Shown one piece after another: positions 59,170 through 64,000 of a stretch of DNA of 64,000 nucleotides (positions are counted from its first letter, which is position 1; each line of letters begins with the position of its first letter). Where the stretch lies: NCBI GenBank assembly GCA_034718015.1, contig JAYEMI010000058.1, forward strand, positions 10 through 64,009, given 5' to 3'. The notes beneath the pieces are model-generated. The model had not been told where the DNA came from. It made no database searches and worked only from the letters and a program-made list of their open reading frames with translations. The stretch comes from Campylobacterota bacterium (lineage in GTDB: Bacteria > Campylobacterota > Campylobacteria > Campylobacterales > Arcobacteraceae). The position numbers were made by a program, and so were the translations under genes.

Positions 59170-60849
59170 ATGGATCAAATTTTTAAGTTTTTAGATAATC
59201 TTAACTCTTCTCAAAGAGCAGTAATAATTGGAGGATTCTCTATATTATTTCTATTTTTATTAGGATTACTAATTTATTCAAATGTAAAATCACAAGATGA
59301 ACAGTTAAATTATACAGTTGCATCTAATTTAACAAAAAATCAAGTGATGCTAGCAAGTAATGAACTAGATGCGCAAGGTATACCATACTCTGTAATAGGT
59401 AGTGGAAATAATCTCACAATCAAAACTAGTAAAGTTAATGTTAATATTGCAAAAATAAAATTAGTAACTAGTGATGCCTCTACATCAAAGCATACAGGTT
59501 GGGAGATATTTGACAATAGCTCTTTAGGTACAACAAACTTTGAAAATAAAGTAAAATACTTACGAGCTTTAGAGGGTGAGCTAGGAAGATCTTTGGAATC
59601 ACTTTCTGGAGTATTATCTGCAAATGTAAAAATAGCAATACCAAAAGAGTCTGTATTTACCCAAAGAAAAGTTCCACCAAGTGCATCTGCTGTATTAAAC
59701 CTAAGAGAGGGGATAGTTTTAACAGGAAAACAAATAGAGGGTGTTAAAAGCTTTATGGCATCCTCTATCCCAAAGCTGTTACCTGAAAACATTAAGCTAA
59801 TAAATCAAAGTGGATCTCTTTTAGAGCAATCTCAAGATGATATAGATAGTATGAAATATGTTCAGCATGAAAAATATAAAATAAAATTAGAAAATGACTA
59901 CCAAAATAAAATCATTGATCTACTGCAACCTTTTATAGGTAGTCAAAGAGTTGTGGCTAAAGTATCAGTACAACTTGATTTTACAAAACAAGAGATAAGT
60001 CAAGAGATATATGAACCTGAAGGTACAATAAGAAGTCAACAAACAACAGAAGTTGCATCGCAAGGGGAAGAGAAAGAGGATAAAAATGGTGGAGTACCTG
60101 GTGCTCAAACCAATATAGAGAATCCAGATCAGCAAACAGATAATATTAAATCTAAAACATCAAAAGAGGAAGCTAAAAATGTTACAAATTATGAGATATC
60201 AAAAAAAATAATAAATCAACATAACTCAGGTTATGCAAATATATCTAAAATAACTGCAGCAGTAACTTTTGATTCAACAATATTGGAAAAACTAGAAAAC
60301 AAAGAGGAGTTCTTCCAAAATCTAAACTCAGTAGTTCAAGAAGCGATTGGTTATCAAAGTCAAAGAGGAGATAGGGTTACTGTAAAAGCATTTAAGTTTT
60401 TAGGACTAAAACCTATTGGTGAAGGTGATGCAACAGAAGATGAATCAGATGATTCAGGTATAGGATTGTTTGCTGCAAAATCAATGATGCAAGATTTTGG
60501 AGAGTATATTCAATATTTAATCGCAAGTGTATTGTTATTTGTTTTTTATAAAAAGTTTATAGCAAATAATGAGATAACACTTCTAGATACATCTGATACC
60601 AAAGAGGGTGGAGGATCTGAAGATTTAGGATTTGAGGATGGTGATTTTAATGCTATTGATGAACAAGCAAGGTTAAAAGCAAAAATAAAAAGTCAGATAT
60701 TAAATAATATTGATGGTTTAGATGCAGAAGAATCTGTAAAATATCAGATTTTAATAGAAGATATAGATAAAGCAGTTTCAAGTCAACCTGAAGATATAGC
60801 TAAAATGATTACAATGTTATTAAGTGATGGTGATGATAAATTTAAATAG
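59170..60849 (+). CDS. fliF: MS-ring protein FliF
   Basis: GWEIFD..LGTTNF, RALEGELGRS, GGVPGA, NYEISK, two TMs. Confidence 0.95.
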   Translation: MDQIFKFLDNLNSSQRAVIIGGFSILFLFLLGLLIYSNVKSQDEQLNYTVASNLTKNQVMLASNELDAQGIPYSVIGSGNNLTIKTSKVNVNIAKIKLVTSDASTSKHTGWEIFDNSSLGTTNFENKVKYLRALEGELGRSLESLSGVLSANVKIAIPKESVFTQRKVPPSASAVLNLREGIVLTGKQIEGVKSFMASSIPKLLPENIKLINQSGSLLEQSQDDIDSMKYVQHEKYKIKLENDYQNKIIDLLQPFIGSQRVVAKVSVQLDFTKQEISQEIYEPEGTIRSQQTTEVASQGEEKEDKNGGVPGAQTNIENPDQQTDNIKSKTSKEEAKNVTNYEISKKIINQHNSGYANISKITAAVTFDSTILEKLENKEEFFQNLNSVVQEAIGYQSQRGDRVTVKAFKFLGLKPIGEGDATEDESDDSGIGLFAAKSMMQDFGEYIQYLIASVLLFVFYKKFIANNEITLLDTSDTKEGGGSEDLGFEDGDFNAIDEQARLKAKIKSQILNNIDGLDAEESVKYQILIEDIDKAVSSQPEDIAKMITMLLSDGDDKFK

Positions 60850-60869
60850 TACTAAAAAAAAGGATTTTA

Positions 60870-61880
60870 ATGACTAGTAAAGAAGCAAATCATGATCTAC
60901 TTCAAGGTATGTCGATGCTTGAAAGATGTGCTCATTTTTGTGTCCTAATAGGGGAAGAAGCAACAGTTAAAATTTTTCAAAACTTACCTAAAAATTTAGT
61001 TGAAGATCTATCTACATCTATTACACAAATAAGTTCAGTTGATAAAAATACATCATTGGCTATTTTAGAAGAGTTTCATGTTTTTATTAAATCAAATGCT
61101 TATATAAGTTCAGGTGGATTTGAATATGCAAAAGATATATTATACAAATCACTTGGAAAAGCTGAAGCAGATGCAGTCTTGGCAAAACTTGCACGATTAC
61201 AAGAATCAAAACAATCATTTGCATATCTTGATAATATCGATCCAAAACAACTTGCGGACTTTATTAAAGATGAATCACCACAAACAATTGCTGTTGTTTT
61301 AGCTCATATGGACCCAAGTGATGCATCTGAAGTTTTAAGTAAACTAGATGATAGTTTAAAAGTAAAAATAAGTATGCAGATGGCTACTATTAAAGATGTA
61401 TCACCTACTATTGTACGCTCTATGTCAAATGTACTAGAGAAAAAACTAGAGTCATTATTAGCTTCTATTGTAACTGTTGGTGGGGTTAAAACTGTTGCTG
61501 ATATGTTAAATAAGATGGGACCGAAATCAGCAGATATATTAAGTAATATCACTGGAATTGATCCAATACTTGCTGGAAAAATAAAAGAAAATATGTTTGT
61601 ATTTGAAGACCTTCTTGCACTTGAACAAGCACATATTATGAAAGTAATAGGAAATGTAGAAACAGAAGATTTAACAGTCGCACTGAAAAACTCACCACCT
61701 GAAGAGATGGATATAATAAAAGGTTCTATGTCACAAAGAGCAAAAGATAGATTTAATGAAGAGTTTGAGATGCTAGGAAAAACTAAAATAAAAGATATTG
61801 AGGAAGCTCAAAAGAAAATTCTTGAAGTAGCAATGAGATTACTAGAAAGTGGTGAGATTGAAAGACCAGAGGAAGAATAA
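60870..61880 (+). CDS. fliG: Motor switch protein FliG
   Basis: GGFEYA, ESPQTIA, GGVKTVA, MFVFEDL, MSQRA. Confidence 0.95.
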   Translation: MTSKEANHDLLQGMSMLERCAHFCVLIGEEATVKIFQNLPKNLVEDLSTSITQISSVDKNTSLAILEEFHVFIKSNAYISSGGFEYAKDILYKSLGKAEADAVLAKLARLQESKQSFAYLDNIDPKQLADFIKDESPQTIAVVLAHMDPSDASEVLSKLDDSLKVKISMQMATIKDVSPTIVRSMSNVLEKKLESLLASIVTVGGVKTVADMLNKMGPKSADILSNITGIDPILAGKIKENMFVFEDLLALEQAHIMKVIGNVETEDLTVALKNSPPEEMDIIKGSMSQRAKDRFNEEFEMLGKTKIKDIEEAQKKILEVAMRLLESGEIERPEEE

Positions 61881-62542
61881 TGGCAAATAACAATGTAAAT
61901 ACAACATCAAAAATCATAAAAGATGATAGTAGTAATCAACCATTTGAACTAGGCAACTTTATAAATAATGATGTCGCTCAAAATGAGCAGATGAAAAATG
62001 TCGCAACCCTAAACAATAAAAGTATAAATGGAAATGTAGACCCTGTTTTAATAGAGGTGCAAAAACTATTTTCTCAAATAGAGCAAATACAATCAAGAGT
62101 TATAAATATTGAAAATGATGGGGTAAAAGGTAGAGATTTAGATAAGCAACTAATCCAAGCATTAAAAGATTTGAAAAACTACTCATCGTTTTTTGAACAA
62201 GCTACATTTCAAATGGAAACAAAGATTTTAAAAACATCATTTTCAATTGCACAAAAGATAATTGGTATAGAGATATCAGAAAAATCAGCTCTAATAGCAA
62301 AAGAGACAATAACAAATATCATGTCTAAAATAAAAACAGCATCAAAAGTTGCAATTCACTTAAATCCAAAAGATTATATGTTGTTAAAAGATCAGCTAAA
62401 CTTTGAAAACCATGTTTCACTTGTAGAGGATGCAAATGTAACAGCAGGTGGAGTAGTAATAGCAAGTGACTTAGGAAACTTTGATGGGAATATTGAAGCA
62501 AAAGTTCAAACTATGTTAGAATCTTTGGATGCAGTGATATAA
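61880..62542 (+). CDS. fliH: Flagellar export protein FliH
   Basis: IHLNPKD, D..V..GGVVIASDLGNFDG; follows fliG. Confidence 0.85.
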   Translation: MANNNVNTTSKIIKDDSSNQPFELGNFINNDVAQNEQMKNVATLNNKSINGNVDPVLIEVQKLFSQIEQIQSRVINIENDGVKGRDLDKQLIQALKDLKNYSSFFEQATFQMETKILKTSFSIAQKIIGIEISEKSALIAKETITNIMSKIKTASKVAIHLNPKDYMLLKDQLNFENHVSLVEDANVTAGGVVIASDLGNFDGNIEAKVQTMLESLDAVI

Positions 62543-62612
62543 ATAACTCATCCACATTTAACAAATTTAATCTCAAACGATCAATAAAACTTATACAAAA
62601 AAAAGATTTTTA

Positions 62613-62621
62613 TGTTATAAT
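62613..62621 (+). promoter_or_regulatory. Extended -10 box (TGnTATAAT) upstream of fliN-flgD
   Basis: TGTTATAAT 29 bp before the fliN ATG. Confidence 0.6.
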
Positions 62622-62650
62622 AATTCAAAATTAACAAAAAAAGACAATTT

Positions 62651-62938
62651 ATGGAAATTACAACAAAAGATTATAATGCACTAGTAGATACAGAGATAGT
62701 AGTTGATGTTATGTTGGGTCATGCAGATATAACTATAAAAGATTTTCTAAATTTTAGTGAAGGTGAAGTATTATCTTTAAATAAAATTGCAGGTGAGGGT
62801 GGTGATATCTTTGTAAATCAAAGAATCATTGGTACAGGTGATATTATTGTTATGGAAGAGAAACTTGCTATTAGGGTCCAGGATGCTATGGATTCTCAAA
62901 AAGTTGTTGGATTTTTCTTTGATGAAAAGTCTATCTAA
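62651..62938 (+). CDS. fliN: Motor switch protein FliN
   Basis: SpoA domain: V.LG...I..FL...G.V.L....G...IFVN..IIG.G. Confidence 0.85.
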   Translation: MEITTKDYNALVDTEIVVDVMLGHADITIKDFLNFSEGEVLSLNKIAGEGGDIFVNQRIIGTGDIIVMEEKLAIRVQDAMDSQKVVGFFFDEKSI

Positions 62939-62953
62939 ATAAAAGGATAAATT

Positions 62954-63634
62954 ATGGCAGTTGATAATGTACAAGTAAATAGTCAAACAGATGCATACGG
63001 AAACTCATATACTTCAGCAGTAAGTAACGATAAGTTAACAAATGAAGATTTTTTGAATCTAATGATTCAAGAGCTCAAGATGCAAGATCCAACAAAACCA
63101 ATGGATAGTGCAGCTATGATGGATAGTCAACTTCAGATGTCAACTATTGAAGCAAACCTTGCTATGTCAGAGTCTATGGAAGCTTTAAGAATGTCATACG
63201 CCAACTCTTCACTTTCAACTGCAGCAAACTTAATAGGTAAAACTGTAGGAAATGGTGAGATGGGTGAAGATGGGATGAATAAGTCATTTAAAGTTGAAAC
63301 TATCACAAATCAAGATGGTGAGCTATATGTATCTGCTAGACAGATGGTAGGGCTATCAGATGTTTTACAAAATACACAAACAGAAGCATTCACAGCATAC
63401 GATCCAGCTGGAAACATATATGAAGATGATGCGATGACAGGATATAGAGTAGCGATGGATCCAAATGGAAACTTTGATTTAGATGAAAATGGTCAAGTTG
63501 TACTTTTAGATGATAATGGTGAAGTTGTAACAGATGAAGATATCACCTCAAACTATACCTACTATGGCTCAACTATAGTATATGCAGATATGCCAGAAGA
63601 GTTACCGCTATCTAGTATAACAGAGGTTAGGTAG
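62954..63634 (+). CDS. flgD: Hook capping protein FlgD
   Basis: DFLNLMIQELKMQDPTKPMD, ANLIGK. Confidence 0.93.
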   Translation: MAVDNVQVNSQTDAYGNSYTSAVSNDKLTNEDFLNLMIQELKMQDPTKPMDSAAMMDSQLQMSTIEANLAMSESMEALRMSYANSSLSTAANLIGKTVGNGEMGEDGMNKSFKVETITNQDGELYVSARQMVGLSDVLQNTQTEAFTAYDPAGNIYEDDAMTGYRVAMDPNGNFDLDENGQVVLLDDNGEVVTDEDITSNYTYYGSTIVYADMPEELPLSSITEVR

Positions 63635-63650
63635 ATAGATGTGTAAAATT

Positions 63651-63681
63651 AAAAAGTAAGATATTTTATCTTACTTTTTTT
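63651..63681 (+). terminator. Intrinsic terminator after flgD
   Basis: AAAAAGTAAGATA-ttt-TATCTTACTTTTT plus further Ts. Confidence 0.7.
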
Positions 63682-63783
63682 GTGTTTAGATATAAGTCAC
63701 TTTTATTCTACTTTTTAATAAAAAGTGATTTATATTTGAGCATTTAAATATGTTCGTAATATTAAAAATTTAAGGAAATTATT

Positions 63784-64000
63784 ATGGTTGGATCACTTTG
63801 GACAGGAATTTCAGGACTAGCAGCACAGCAAACAGCTTTGGATAATGAGTCACATAATATAGCAAATGTAAATACTATAGGTTATAAATCATCAAGAATA
63901 TCTTTTGCAGATCAAATGTACCAAGATGCAATTGGTAAGGGTGCAAAAGTAATTGATGCAGAGAAAGTATTCTCACAAGGAAATATGAAATCAACAGGAG
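63784..64000 (+). CDS. flgE: Flagellar hook protein FlgE, truncated by window edge
   Basis: My translation: MVGSLWTGISGLAAQQTALDNESHNIANVNTIGYKSSRISFADQMYQ...FSQG; SD AAGGA. Confidence 0.85.
   Translation, partial: MVGSLWTGISGLAAQQTALDNESHNIANVNTIGYKSSRISFADQMYQDAIGKGAKVIDAEKVFSQGNMKSTG

Noticed and set aside
59340-59792. 150-aa minus-strand ORF and the many other 60-110 aa ORFs nested in known genes
   Set aside because: Antisense or alternate-frame shadows of well-supported genes
1-64000. Prophage, defence island or horizontally acquired island
   Set aside because: No integrase, transposase, phage or defence genes recognised, and composition looks uniform by eye

Overview
AT-rich, gene-dense core-chromosome segment of a Campylobacterota bacterium. 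Gene content and order best fit Arcobacteraceae (inference, not a database result). Housekeeping genes include aroK, hisD, ispB, accA-fabF-acpP, typA, fabG, aguAB, queE, thrS-infC-rpmI-rplT, rnc-aroC, rimO, nadAC, ispDF, rpmE, rsmI and mrdA. There are two TetR-controlled TolC/RND efflux loci with visible operator palindromes, one with a split RND pump, and two flagellar/chemotaxis blocks (about 10.6-21.1 kb and 53.9-64 kb). I saw no rRNA, tRNA, CRISPR array or transposase. The best candidate for an undescribed system is a flagellar motor-associated signalling module: (1) a FliY-N/CheC-like + acidic linker + TM + SPOR-like protein coupled to a highly charged helical protein behind flgG; (2) a CheZ-like protein with a FliM-type N-terminal motif and a duplicated acidic helix; (3) a possible split ChePep-like pair and a PilN-like protein in the other flagellar block. 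Other points: a structured rpmI-rplT intergenic RNA, a SEC-C/YchJ gene with an apparent ATA start, an aldonolactone oxidase lacking the FAD-attachment His, and a degenerate GGDEF protein.
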